Below are positions 50,618 to 60,449 of a stretch of 64,000 nt of DNA, piece by piece. Below the pieces are notes generated by a model. That model was not told the origin of the DNA. It searched no databases and saw nothing but the letters and a program-made list of their open reading frames with translations. How positions within the stretch are numbered: the stretch's first letter is position 1; each line of letters starts with the position of its first letter. Position numbers and translations under genes: made by a program. The stretch is from the NCBI GenBank assembly GCA_913030915.1, contig CAJWEW010000005.1:3523-67522 (forward strand), written 5' to 3'. The DNA is from an uncultured Rhodobiaceae bacterium. GTDB taxonomy: Bacteria; Pseudomonadota; Alphaproteobacteria; Rhizobiales; TMED25.

Positions 50618-53600
50618 TTATCTCTCTCCATATCCTCCACCCGAAGGAGTTACGATAATCAACTTATCTCCAGTCAATAATTGAATTTGGCAATTTCCTT
50701 CTAACTCAGTTACCACATTATTTCTTATAATTGTGTTTGATCCAAGCTTTCCTGGTTCACCCCCAAACAAACCAAATGGTAGTTCTTTCCTGTTATTTGA
50801 TAGCAAAGAACAATTCATATTGTCACGTATGATGAATATTTTTTTTAAACCACGGCCACCTGTAAATTTACTGTTGTCTTGCCTTTCCCCAACTAAGGAT
50901 AATTCTGCAAGAATAATTGGGTATTCTTCCTCAAAAATTTCAGGATCGGTAGACCTTGAATTTGTCATATTTGTCTGTATTGCATCACAACCATCATGAT
51001 TACTTCCGGCTCCTTGACCTCCACATATTGTTTCATAATATTGAAATTCGTCATTCCCAAGAACGACATTATTCATTGTTGATTGACACGATGCCTTGAT
51101 GGAGAGCGCGCCAAAAATACAATTTGCAAGCGCTTGGCTCACTTCAACATTTCCAGCTGAGACGGCTGCATTTTTTGAGGGATTTATTATAGAATCACTA
51201 TCCGTAGATATTTCTATTGGTTCAAGGATTCCTGAATTAAGTGGAATATCCTCATTAATTAAACACCTTAAGACATAAATTATAACAGCTTTTGTGATTG
51301 GAAGTGGAGCATTAAAATTATTTGAACTTTCCCTACTCGATCCAGTAAAGTCAAAGTTAATTTTTTTACTCTCAGGAGGTGCCTTTATCTCTAATTTGAG
51401 ATAAAAATTATCTAGTGTCATATCAAAACTTGATGGTTTAATATTTCTCAATAAATCGAGACATGCCCCTTTTGCATTCTTCTGTATCGCATACATCTGT
51501 CTTTGAACAGCGTCTAATCCATAGTAGTCAATGATCTTACGCAATTGGATCTCACCAATCTTATTTGCAGCTACTTGAGCTGTAATGTCTTGTATATTGA
51601 GCTCTGGATTCCTCGCAGGATACTTACCGCTATTTAATTTTTTTTGTAATCGTTCGTGTTTTGTAAGATCACTCATACTAATTTTAAAATTATCAAATAT
51701 GATACCTTCATCATCTAATTTTTTTGCTTCAGGAGTCATAGATCCAGGATAAATCCCACCAATATCGGGGTGATGACCCCGCGTGGCTAAGTAAAAAATT
51801 ATATCTTCGGTCTTATCAGAAAAGATTGGGGAAATAATGGTAATATCCGGCAGATGTGTTCCACCAGAATTAGGCGAATTATTTATAAATATATCACCTC
51901 GTTTTACCGATTGTTTTTTCTTGATAAGTCCTTTTACGCAATCATCCATCGATCCAAGATGAACTGGTATGTGAGGTGCATTCGCAACAAGATTACCGAT
52001 GTTATCAAATAGAGCACACGAGTAGTCAAGACGCTCTTTTATATTTACGGAGGCCGCAGTCCTTTGTAGTGTTTCCCCCATTGTTTCTGCTACTGACATA
52101 AAGAGGTTATTAAAAATCTCTAACATTATTGGAGAATTACCTGCTTTTCTGAGGGTTTTTGATGGTTTTATTTTTTTTATTAAAATATTACCCGATTGAT
52201 CTCTGGTTGCTTGCCATCCCTCTTCTATAATTATTGTTGAGTGATCATCAATCAGAATTGCGGGTCCAGTAAGTTCGAAGTCATAGAATTCTTCAATTTG
52301 ACAGACGAGAGCCTCAACCCATTTTCCCTTACTGAAGAAATTTTCTTTATCAAAGTTTTTTTTAGTTTTGATTTTTTTTATGGGCAGTTCAATTTTGTTA
52401 TATCTAGGGATTGTTTCAACTTGGATCATATCAAGAATAATCTTTCTATTTAGATTATAGCCATAAATTTTTTTATGAATTTTCCTGAAGTTTTTGATTA
52501 AATTTTCACACTTAATTTTTGATTTTCTATCTTTTATGCAAATACTTTGATCGGTGCCCTTATATTTCAAATAAAATAAATTTTTATGAGATACAGTCTT
52601 GGATTTGGTACGAGCTAAATTTTCTTTTTGTAGTCTTCTGATTAGAGCATCAATTTTACTTGTATATTTTTGATCAAATTCAAAAAAGGTACTTTCTTGT
52701 TTTATATACTTCTCTCCAGATTGAGCCATACCATATGCCGATAAAAAACTTGATAGTGGATTAATGATCACTGTTTTGATCTCAAGGTTCTCAGCAATCT
52801 GGCAAGCGTGTTGACCACCAGCCCCTCCATAACTTACAAGCGTATGCTCTTCAAGGTGGAGACCTTTCCTTGAAGCGATTTTTCTTATAACCCTACACAT
52901 TTTTTCAACTGCAATTTTTATATACCCTTCCGCTAAATCTTCTGGAAGCATTTTTGGATTTATACTATCCCTTAGTCGATTAAATGCCATTGCTACAATT
53001 TTCTTGTCTAGCGAGGACTCACCATCATGGCCGAACTTCTGTGGGAAGTATTTCTCTACAATTTTACCAAGAAATAGGTTTGCATCTGTTAATGTTAGGG
53101 GGCCATTTTTTCCATAAGACATTGGTCCGGGGTATGAACCTGCTGATTTTGGCCCAACGGTCATCCTTGAGTTCCTATAATCTAAAATTGAACCACCACC
53201 AGATGCAATTGTATCAATATCAATAATAGGCACTTGTAGTGTTTGGTTATCGATCGTTTTCTCATTCTTATATTCCAATTCACCTTCGAAATGTGAGACA
53301 TCTGTAGAAGTACCGCCCATATCAAAAGTTATAATTTTTTCAAAGCCTGAGTTTTTAGCCACTGAGATTGCACCCATTACGCCCCCAGCTGGACCAGATA
53401 ATATAGAATTTATACCTCGGAAGTTTTTTTCTTCAGCTAGGCCGCCATTTGATTGCATATATCTGAGGCATATATTATTTTTATCAAAATTTATTTCTTT
53501 CTTTAAATTATTTATATCGCTTCTGATAATAGGATCCACATAAGCATGAACAAGAGATGTGTGGGTTCGTCGTATGTATTTGATGGTTTTTGAGATTTCA

Positions 53601-54175
53601 TGGCCAAGTGTGACATTTTTGTGGCCAAGCTTATTAAGTATACTTTGGATTTCAATTTCATAACGAGGGAATTTCCAACCATGAATTAAGCTTACACATA
53701 TCGAGTCAAAACTCCCTATTTTTATTTGTTTTAATTGCTCTGTAATTGCTCTCCAATTTGGTTTTATGAAATCATGCCCACTATTTGTAAGACGAATTTC
53801 CAATTCTATTACTTTTGAATACAACGGGGCTGGTTTTTTAATTTCTAATTTAAATATATCCTCTCTACTCTGATAACCAATTGTTTGTGAGTCTCTAAAA
53901 CCTTTTGGAACAATTAGAAGTGTTTTTTCACCTGTTCTTTCCAAAAGAGCATTTGTAGCTTTCGTCGTTCCAACGGTTACATTCCCTATATTTGCAAGGT
54001 CTACAGAGTTATCGGTTAAGATTTTTTTTATACCGGTTGAAACAGGGTCATCGTTTTTGTTATGAGATTGACTTAATACTTTTTCCAGAAACAGATTATT
54101 ATTTGGGGAAAGGGCAATTATATCAGTAAATGTTCCGCCTTTATCTATCCAGAAATTCCAATTATTTTTTTCCAT
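50618..54175 (-). CDS. Fused hydantoinase A / hydantoinase B protein (ATP-dependent 5-oxoprolinase / N-methylhydantoinase type)
   Basis: 1185 aa. HyuA-like N-terminus (WNFWIDKGGTFTDIIA, FDMGGTSTDVS) and a HyuB-like C-terminal half. Confidence 0.85.
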   Translation of the reverse strand: MEKNNWNFWIDKGGTFTDIIALSPNNNLFLEKVLSQSHNKNDDPVSTGIKKILTDNSVDLANIGNVTVGTTKATNALLERTGEKTLLIVPKGFRDSQTIGYQSREDIFKLEIKKPAPLYSKVIELEIRLTNSGHDFIKPNWRAITEQLKQIKIGSFDSICVSLIHGWKFPRYEIEIQSILNKLGHKNVTLGHEISKTIKYIRRTHTSLVHAYVDPIIRSDINNLKKEINFDKNNICLRYMQSNGGLAEEKNFRGINSILSGPAGGVMGAISVAKNSGFEKIITFDMGGTSTDVSHFEGELEYKNEKTIDNQTLQVPIIDIDTIASGGGSILDYRNSRMTVGPKSAGSYPGPMSYGKNGPLTLTDANLFLGKIVEKYFPQKFGHDGESSLDKKIVAMAFNRLRDSINPKMLPEDLAEGYIKIAVEKMCRVIRKIASRKGLHLEEHTLVSYGGAGGQHACQIAENLEIKTVIINPLSSFLSAYGMAQSGEKYIKQESTFFEFDQKYTSKIDALIRRLQKENLARTKSKTVSHKNLFYLKYKGTDQSICIKDRKSKIKCENLIKNFRKIHKKIYGYNLNRKIILDMIQVETIPRYNKIELPIKKIKTKKNFDKENFFSKGKWVEALVCQIEEFYDFELTGPAILIDDHSTIIIEEGWQATRDQSGNILIKKIKPSKTLRKAGNSPIMLEIFNNLFMSVAETMGETLQRTAASVNIKERLDYSCALFDNIGNLVANAPHIPVHLGSMDDCVKGLIKKKQSVKRGDIFINNSPNSGGTHLPDITIISPIFSDKTEDIIFYLATRGHHPDIGGIYPGSMTPEAKKLDDEGIIFDNFKISMSDLTKHERLQKKLNSGKYPARNPELNIQDITAQVAANKIGEIQLRKIIDYYGLDAVQRQMYAIQKNAKGACLDLLRNIKPSSFDMTLDNFYLKLEIKAPPESKKINFDFTGSSRESSNNFNAPLPITKAVIIYVLRCLINEDIPLNSGILEPIEISTDSDSIINPSKNAAVSAGNVEVSQALANCIFGALSIKASCQSTMNNVVLGNDEFQYYETICGGQGAGSNHDGCDAIQTNMTNSRSTDPEIFEEEYPIILAELSLVGERQDNSKFTGGRGLKKIFIIRDNMNCSLLSNNRKELPFGLFGGEPGKLGSNTIIRNNVVTELEGNCQIQLLTGDKLIIVTPSGGGYGER

Positions 54176-54254
54176 AATAAAACTAAATTATTGCTGTTAT
54201 GGTAACTATGAATGATTATAATTAACATAAATGATTATATAAATTTTTACTAAA

Positions 54255-54992
54255 ATGATAAGCTATAAATATAAATCACCAAACTATAATAATCGAGTTA
54301 AGAATTCAAAAATTGAGTTTATAATAATTCATTATACTGGCGTTGATATGCAATTTCACAAAGTTATTAATTGGTTTCTCGATGAGCGATCGAGAGTAAG
54401 TTGTCACTTTCTGATAGATAAGTCAGGTGAAATTTATAATTTAGTTGATGTCTCGAAGCGAGCTTGGCATGCGGGAAAATCATTCTGGAACAATTGTGTC
54501 GATATTAATTCAAATTCAATTGGAATAGAGTTACACAATGCAGGCAATGAAGATTTTACTTCTCACCAGCTCGAGTCATTAGTAAAACTAATAAAAAAAC
54601 TTATGCAGGACAATGCAATTCAAAGTTGGAATATTCTGGGGCATTCTGATGTTTCAATTGGTAGAAAGATTGACCCTGGAATAAAATTTCCATGGCACCA
54701 TCTTGCAAAAGAAAAAATCGGTTTTTTTTCAAATCTCTCACAAGAAAATTTTGATATGGACAATTCAGATAACAATAGTCCACAAACCATCAAGGAAATA
54801 CAAAGTAAGCTTATGCGTATTGGATATGATGTAAATAAATCAGGAGTTTTTGATATGCAAACTGTTGAAGGACTTAAAGCATTTCAGAGGCACTGGAGGC
54901 CAGTAAAAGTTAGCGGTATGCTTGATGTCTCAACAAAACAAATACTCACCGAGGTACATAAAAAATTATCCGAGTATAGAGCTGCAAATTAG
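54255..54992 (+). CDS. N-acetylmuramoyl-L-alanine amidase (amidase_2/AmpD-like) with C-terminal peptidoglycan-binding domain
   Basis: IIIHYTG, SCHFLIDKSGEIY, AWHAGKS, IGIELHN and GHSD motifs. The C-terminus IKEIQSKLMRIGYD....GLKAFQRHW resembles PG_binding_1. Confidence 0.8.
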   Translation: MISYKYKSPNYNNRVKNSKIEFIIIHYTGVDMQFHKVINWFLDERSRVSCHFLIDKSGEIYNLVDVSKRAWHAGKSFWNNCVDINSNSIGIELHNAGNEDFTSHQLESLVKLIKKLMQDNAIQSWNILGHSDVSIGRKIDPGIKFPWHHLAKEKIGFFSNLSQENFDMDNSDNNSPQTIKEIQSKLMRIGYDVNKSGVFDMQTVEGLKAFQRHWRPVKVSGMLDVSTKQILTEVHKKLSEYRAAN

Positions 54993-55034
54993 TCCTTGTG
55001 GACAATTGGTAATTGTTCATGTTAAAACAAATAC

Positions 55035-55376
55035 GCTAGATGGCTGGATGATCGCTATTTATTAGAGGAAAGTCCGGGCTCCACAGAGGAACAGTGCCGG
55101 ATAACATCCGGCGGGGGTGACCCTAGGGAAAGTGCAACAGAAAATATACCGCCATGATCTAATGGTAAGGGTGAAATGGTGTGGTAAGAGCGCACCGCAA
55201 TGATGGTAACATCATTGGCAGTGTAAACCCCACTGGGAGCAAGACCAAATAGAGATGGAAATATGTCCTCTGCATTCTTCCATCTGGGTAGGTCGCTAGA
55301 CTCAATGAGTAATTATTGAGCAAGATGAATGATCATCGTCAAATTGATACAGAACCCGGCTTATAGGCCATCTAGC
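55035..55376 (+). ncRNA. rnpB: RNase P RNA, bacterial type A
   Basis: P1 pairing GCTAGATGGC (55035-55044) with GCCATCTAGC (55367-55376). Universally conserved GAGGAAAGTCCGGGCTCC and ACAGAACCCGGCTTA blocks. GGGTGACCCTAGGGAAAGTGCAACAGAAA in the P10-P12 region. Confidence 0.9.
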
Positions 55377-55410
55377 AATAAATTTGGTTAACAAATAATT
55401 AAAAAAACCA

Positions 55411-55439
55411 TTGACTTCCAAAAAATACCATGTTATCCC
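55411..55439 (+). promoter_or_regulatory. Candidate dcw/mraZ promoter
   Basis: TTGACT (55411-55416), 17-nt spacer, then TGT-TATCCC as an extended -10-like element at 55431-55439. The -10 is a poor match. Confidence 0.3.
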
Positions 55440-55451
55440 ATAAATACCCAT
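55427..55451 (+). promoter_or_regulatory. Three phased direct repeats (A/C)CCAT, MraZ-box-like
   Basis: ACCAT at 55427, CCCAT at 55437 and CCCAT at 55447, exactly 10 bp apart. This gives a TGGG/TGGT core on the bottom strand, between the putative -35 and the mraZ ATG. Confidence 0.4.
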
Positions 55452-55465
55452 TTATGGATTATAAA

Positions 55466-55924
55466 ATGCAATTATTTTTATCTAAATTTAAGAATAAAAT
55501 TGATCAAAAAGGCCGCGTCTCAATACCATCGCAGTTCAGGAGTATTCTATTCCAAGATGGATCGCAAAAAATGTTCTGTTATCCATCCCTTGATGCGGAA
55601 GCAATTGATGCAGGAGGTGATAGTCTCTCTCGCGATATTTATGCACTTATGGATAATCTCGATCCATACTCAGATGAAAAAGATTTTCTATCAACAGCAC
55701 TTTTTGGTCTGTCTGAAGAACTTCGTATTGACAGTGACGGTCGAGTCATCTTGAGTGATGCCCTAATTCAGCACGCTCAGATTATTGACGAGGTCATATT
55801 CGTAGGTTTAGGTCAAAAATTCCAAATATGGGAGCCAAATAGGTTTAGTAATTATTTGCAAGAAGCCCAAAAAAAGGTAAGAGAGCAAAGGCTATTATTG
55901 AGTAAGAAGAGCAAGGGTTTTTAG
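55466..55924 (+). CDS. mraZ: Transcriptional regulator MraZ
   Basis: Two SpoVT/AbrB-like halves (KIDQKGRVSIPSQFR, RIDSDGRVILSDAL). I chose the ATG at 55466, giving the usual length of about 152 aa; the longest ORF starts at 55430. Confidence 0.9.
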   Translation: MQLFLSKFKNKIDQKGRVSIPSQFRSILFQDGSQKMFCYPSLDAEAIDAGGDSLSRDIYALMDNLDPYSDEKDFLSTALFGLSEELRIDSDGRVILSDALIQHAQIIDEVIFVGLGQKFQIWEPNRFSNYLQEAQKKVREQRLLLSKKSKGF

Positions 55925-55925
55925 T

Positions 55926-56966
55926 GTGATGGATAGTAGAAAAACTTCTACTGGCGGACCATATTATCACACACCTGTCATGACCAAGAAGGTGCTTGAC
56001 GCATTATCACTAAGAGGAGGAAGTGTATATGTAGATGGCACCTTTGGCGGGGGCGGACATTCCAGTGCGATATTAGATTTATTTGACTGCATAATTATTG
56101 CAACAGATAAAGATATGAATTCTTTGCATGTTGCAAAAAAACTAAATGAAAAATATCAGGACCGAATTAATTTTTATAATGCGAGCTACACGCAAATTCC
56201 AAGCTTACTTGATAGCTTATCAATTAAAGCGGTAGACGGACTATTATTAGATCTTGGAGTATCATCGATGCAGATTGATGATCCAGAAAGAGGATTTTCG
56301 TTTCAGGATGAAGGACCATTGGATATGCGGATGGGAAAAAGTGCAATTAGTGCGCATGATGTTGTTAATAAGATGAAAGAGGAGCATTTATCAGAAATAA
56401 TCAGAGATTTTGGCGAAGAAAGGCACGCACGTATTATTGCGAATAAGATCAATGCTTATAGACAAAAAAAAACTATTAATACCACTACTCAACTCAGTAA
56501 AGTAATTAATGATGCTGTCGGAAATTTTTATAAAAAACAAAAAGGAGCGCATATTCATCCTGCAACTCGGACCTTTCAGGCCATAAGAGTTTTCGTAAAT
56601 AATGAGTTTGAAGAAATATATACATTATTAATGGGCATTTGTGATTATATAAAACCAGGTGGTCGAATTGCTGTAATAACATTTCATTCTCTCGAAGACA
56701 GGATTGTTAAAAATATCTTTGATCATTTAACGGGATATAGTTCTTCAAAGTCGAGGTATGAACCAATAATTGAAGATCGAGCCAATTATCCATTTATATA
56801 TCCAGATAAAAAATTCTATAAACCAGATCGGGATGAGATTACAGAAAATCCGCGATCACGTTCCGCAAAGTTGAGATATATAGAAAGAACAGAGCATTTG
56901 TTTAGAGAAAATTTAGATATTTATAGTATGACAAAATATAAAAGGATATTTGAGGAATTAATATGA
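55926..56966 (+). CDS. rsmH: 16S rRNA (cytosine1402-N4)-methyltransferase
   Basis: HTPVM, DGTFGGGGHS, LLDLGVSSMQID and FHSLEDRIVK motifs. Confidence 0.95.
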   Translation: MMDSRKTSTGGPYYHTPVMTKKVLDALSLRGGSVYVDGTFGGGGHSSAILDLFDCIIIATDKDMNSLHVAKKLNEKYQDRINFYNASYTQIPSLLDSLSIKAVDGLLLDLGVSSMQIDDPERGFSFQDEGPLDMRMGKSAISAHDVVNKMKEEHLSEIIRDFGEERHARIIANKINAYRQKKTINTTTQLSKVINDAVGNFYKKQKGAHIHPATRTFQAIRVFVNNEFEEIYTLLMGICDYIKPGGRIAVITFHSLEDRIVKNIFDHLTGYSSSKSRYEPIIEDRANYPFIYPDKKFYKPDRDEITENPRSRSAKLRYIERTEHLFRENLDIYSMTKYKRIFEELI

Positions 56967-57301
56967 CCAGATTATTGTATATCTTAGTCTTAATTTTATG
57001 CATCTTTACTTCTTTTGTATTGTATTTCTTGAGTTATGACAGCAAAAATATAAAGAGAGAAATATCCCAAGTTAAAATTACCATTGAAAATGAAAAATCT
57101 GATATTGAAACCTTACGTGCAGAGCTTAGCCTCTTGTCCCAACCAGATAGGATTCAAAATTTGTCCAATCAATTTGGCTTAGAGTTGGAACCTGTTAATG
57201 TGACACAAATTAGAAGAATTGAGGATATCCCGCTTAAACCAGCTAACAGGGTCATGGATGAGCTTATACAAAGATCACTCATTGGCTATGCCAGCGACTA
57301 G
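56963..57301 (+). CDS. ftsL: Cell division protein FtsL (alphaproteobacterial type)
   Basis: 112 aa with a single N-terminal TM helix and a coiled coil, positioned between rsmH and ftsI. Confidence 0.7.
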   Translation: MTRLLYILVLILCIFTSFVLYFLSYDSKNIKREISQVKITIENEKSDIETLRAELSLLSQPDRIQNLSNQFGLELEPVNVTQIRRIEDIPLKPANRVMDELIQRSLIGYASD

Positions 57302-57334
57302 CGATAAAAAAACTTAAAAAGGATATTTCATCAC

Positions 57335-58975
57335 ATGTTTCAAGCTCAGGATAACAAAGAAATAAAAAGGCTCCATTTAAGGATTAAGTTTCTGTCTTTT
57401 TGTTTTTTTTTGGGATTCTTGGTTCTATCAGCTAAGATTTTATACTTAGCAAATTTGTCACTAGGACCAGTTATAAGTATAGCTGACAGTGATATACACA
57501 ATATGAAGCGCCCCAATATATATGATAGGAACGGTCATTTGGTAGCTTCAAACATAGAAATATCATCAGTTGCAATAAGACCCAATTTACTTAGAAATAA
57601 GGAAGATATTGTAGATCGATTACTATCTGCAGTCCCTAGTTTTCAAAGAGAAGATCTTGAGTACAAAATATTTAATGATAAGAAGTTCGTCTGGTTAAAA
57701 CGAGGCATAACACCGAGCGAGCAAGATAGAATACATAATTTAGGTATACCCGGCATACAGTTTATAGACGAAACAAAGCGCTTTTATAGCTCTGGAAATA
57801 CCCTATCAAGTGTTATAGGTTACGTAAATATTGATAACATTGGACAAGGCGGGATCGAAAAATTTATAGATCAACAAGTAGAAAGTGGTAATAGTGGGGA
57901 TGTATACCTATCTGCAGATCTTGAGGTGAGTCATGCAATGAGAGATGAACTGCTGAAATCGATGGACGAATATTCATCGATAGCAGCAGCTGGTGTTTTG
58001 ATGGATATCAATAATGGTGAAATTATTGCTGCTGTCTCTTTACCTGATTTTGATCCACAATATCAAGCAGATGCACTTTTGCCCGAAAATATAAATAGGG
58101 TTACAAATTCCTTATATGAGATTGGATCGACATTCAAGCCATTCACCATCGCTATGGCATTAGATAGTGGCTTAGTTCACCTAGATACTGAATATGACGC
58201 AAGACAACCAATTATTGCTGGTGGTCATAAAATTAGTGACTTCAGACCTCAAGCACGTGTTTTAACTGTATCGGAAATATTTACTCACTCCTCAAATATT
58301 GGAGCTGCAAAGATTGCCCTTGATTTTGGTACAGATTACCACAAATCATTTCTGAAGAAATTGGGGCTATTGGACCCCGTATCAACGCAAATACAAAATT
58401 TACCGAGTAGTAGCATCCCGGCTAATTGGAAAGAAATAAATACAATAACGATTTCTTATGGTCATGGAATTGCAGTTTCACCTTTGCATGCAGCAGTAGC
58501 TGGCGCACCCCTTTTCAATGGCGGAAGATTAATACAACCATCCTTTCTTAAAGTAGAGGACAACTCAAATTTTCTCTACAAACAAGTTTTGGAGCCATCT
58601 ACAAGTGAAAAGATCAAGAAATTAATGTATATGAATGTTGTTGATGGATCAGCAAAACGCGCTTCTGTTGACGGTATTATTGTGGGTGGAAAAACTGGTA
58701 CAGCAAATAAGTTGGTTGGTGGATCGTATGATAATGATACTCGTCGCACTACATTTATGGGCGCATTCCCACTAGATGAACCAAAATATATTATGTTTTT
58801 ACTGCTAGATGAACCACAGCCAACTGAGAATTCTCATGGCCTTGCAACTGCTGGATGGAATGTTGCGCCAACTTTCTCAAAAATAGTCAGAAGGATAGCG
58901 CCAATGTTGGACATAAAACCTTCTTCAATTGAGAGGCTATATGACTATGATCAAATTGTAGTTGCTTCAAATTAA
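57335..58975 (+). CDS. ftsI: Peptidoglycan D,D-transpeptidase FtsI (PBP3)
   Basis: N-terminal TM, transpeptidase motifs STFK, SSN and KTGT. dcw position. Confidence 0.9.
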   Translation: MFQAQDNKEIKRLHLRIKFLSFCFFLGFLVLSAKILYLANLSLGPVISIADSDIHNMKRPNIYDRNGHLVASNIEISSVAIRPNLLRNKEDIVDRLLSAVPSFQREDLEYKIFNDKKFVWLKRGITPSEQDRIHNLGIPGIQFIDETKRFYSSGNTLSSVIGYVNIDNIGQGGIEKFIDQQVESGNSGDVYLSADLEVSHAMRDELLKSMDEYSSIAAAGVLMDINNGEIIAAVSLPDFDPQYQADALLPENINRVTNSLYEIGSTFKPFTIAMALDSGLVHLDTEYDARQPIIAGGHKISDFRPQARVLTVSEIFTHSSNIGAAKIALDFGTDYHKSFLKKLGLLDPVSTQIQNLPSSSIPANWKEINTITISYGHGIAVSPLHAAVAGAPLFNGGRLIQPSFLKVEDNSNFLYKQVLEPSTSEKIKKLMYMNVVDGSAKRASVDGIIVGGKTGTANKLVGGSYDNDTRRTTFMGAFPLDEPKYIMFLLLDEPQPTENSHGLATAGWNVAPTFSKIVRRIAPMLDIKPSSIERLYDYDQIVVASN

Positions 58976-58994
58976 TAGAAAATGGTAGATAAAA

Positions 58995-60449
58995 ATGAAG
59001 CTTGAAAGGCTATTGAACTCTGAGAGGCAGCAGTATTACAATTCCGATCAAACTATAACAGATATATGCTTGGATAGCCGATTAGTAAAAAATGGAAATT
59101 TATTTTTTTTACTAGAGAGAAATATAGAATTACAAGAGCAATATCTAAAACAGGCGATTAATAACGGCGCGGCTGCCATTATTGCTCCCAAAGATTATTC
59201 ATTTGATAGATCTGCAATAAATATACCAATTATTACGGTAGACTCAGTTCGTAAAACACTGTCACAGATTAGCTCTAAATATTATCCAAAACAGCCAAAA
59301 AATATATTAGCAATTACCGGTACAAATGGGAAAACTTCCGTCACAAAATTTACAGAAGAAATATGGCAGTTGATGGGTATTAAATCTGCGTCTATTGGGA
59401 CTTTGGGTAATTCCAAAACTAAAACACCGAGTATATTAACGACACCCGATCCCATCTCACTGCACAAGCAGGTAGATGCACTAGCTTCTGAGGGTTTTCA
59501 AAATCTGGTAATTGAAGCATCAAGCCATGGACTCTCACAACTCAGAATGGACTCCCTAGAGATAGCTGGTGCGGCATTTACTAGCTTCTCACGCGATCAT
59601 TTAGACTATCATAGCAGTATGGATTCGTATTTTAATACAAAGAAAAGGTTATTTACTCACCTGATAAGCTCAAAGGGAACAGCAGTGGTAAATATGATCG
59701 ATTTACCATTAAAATATCACAATTTTATAAATTCAATAAAGGCTGAAAACATAATTACAATAGGTAATAACAATCCTTCAATTTCTATTTTGGGCATCAA
59801 CAGAGGAGATAATAATAAAATTCAACTCCAGCTAAATTGTTATGGTAAAAAAATAATCGTTACGACACCATTCATAGCCCCTTTCCAAGCTATAAATTCG
59901 TTAATAGCAGGATGCATGGCAACTATTAATACAGGCATTACTTTGCCAGATGCATTTGCAAGCATTGAAAAACTTAGTGATGTTAGAGGAAGATTGGAGT
60001 GTGTTGCAAAATTAAATGACAATAATATTTTCATTGATTATGCTCATACACCAGATGCGATGAGCTCCGTACTTGAAGCTATGAGAATGGTTACAAAAAA
60101 TAGACTCATAATTGTTTTTGGCGCGGGCGGAGACAGAGATACGGGTAAACGCAGTATCATGAGTGATGTCGCTGATAAATATGCAGATCTGATTATCGTC
60201 ACAGATGATAATCCGAGATTTGAAGAACCAAATTTAATACGAGCACAATTAATGAAGCAATCAAGAAAATATGTTGAAATTGCTAACCGCAAGAAGGCAA
60301 TAAGTTATGCCATTTCTGAGTTATCATCGGAGGATAATCTTCTTATATGCGGAAAAGGTCATGAAGAGTATATCATCTACGGTAAGGAAAAAATACATTC
60401 TTCGGATCATAATATTGTGGAGCAAACACTAGAAAGCAGTTCAAAATGA
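58995..60449 (+). CDS. murE: UDP-N-acetylmuramoyl-L-alanyl-D-glutamate--2,6-diaminopimelate ligase
   Basis: GTNGKTS P-loop, DYAHTPDA, and the DAP-specific DNPR motif (TDDNPRFE). Confidence 0.9.
   Translation: MKLERLLNSERQQYYNSDQTITDICLDSRLVKNGNLFFLLERNIELQEQYLKQAINNGAAAIIAPKDYSFDRSAINIPIITVDSVRKTLSQISSKYYPKQPKNILAITGTNGKTSVTKFTEEIWQLMGIKSASIGTLGNSKTKTPSILTTPDPISLHKQVDALASEGFQNLVIEASSHGLSQLRMDSLEIAGAAFTSFSRDHLDYHSSMDSYFNTKKRLFTHLISSKGTAVVNMIDLPLKYHNFINSIKAENIITIGNNNPSISILGINRGDNNKIQLQLNCYGKKIIVTTPFIAPFQAINSLIAGCMATINTGITLPDAFASIEKLSDVRGRLECVAKLNDNNIFIDYAHTPDAMSSVLEAMRMVTKNRLIIVFGAGGDRDTGKRSIMSDVADKYADLIIVTDDNPRFEEPNLIRAQLMKQSRKYVEIANRKKAISYAISELSSEDNLLICGKGHEEYIIYGKEKIHSSDHNIVEQTLESSSK

Noticed and set aside
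55430-55465. Longer mraZ start at 55430
   Set aside because: It would add 12 residues absent from MraZ proteins. It would also place the phased CCCAT repeats and the putative -10 element inside the coding region. I prefer the ATG at 55466.
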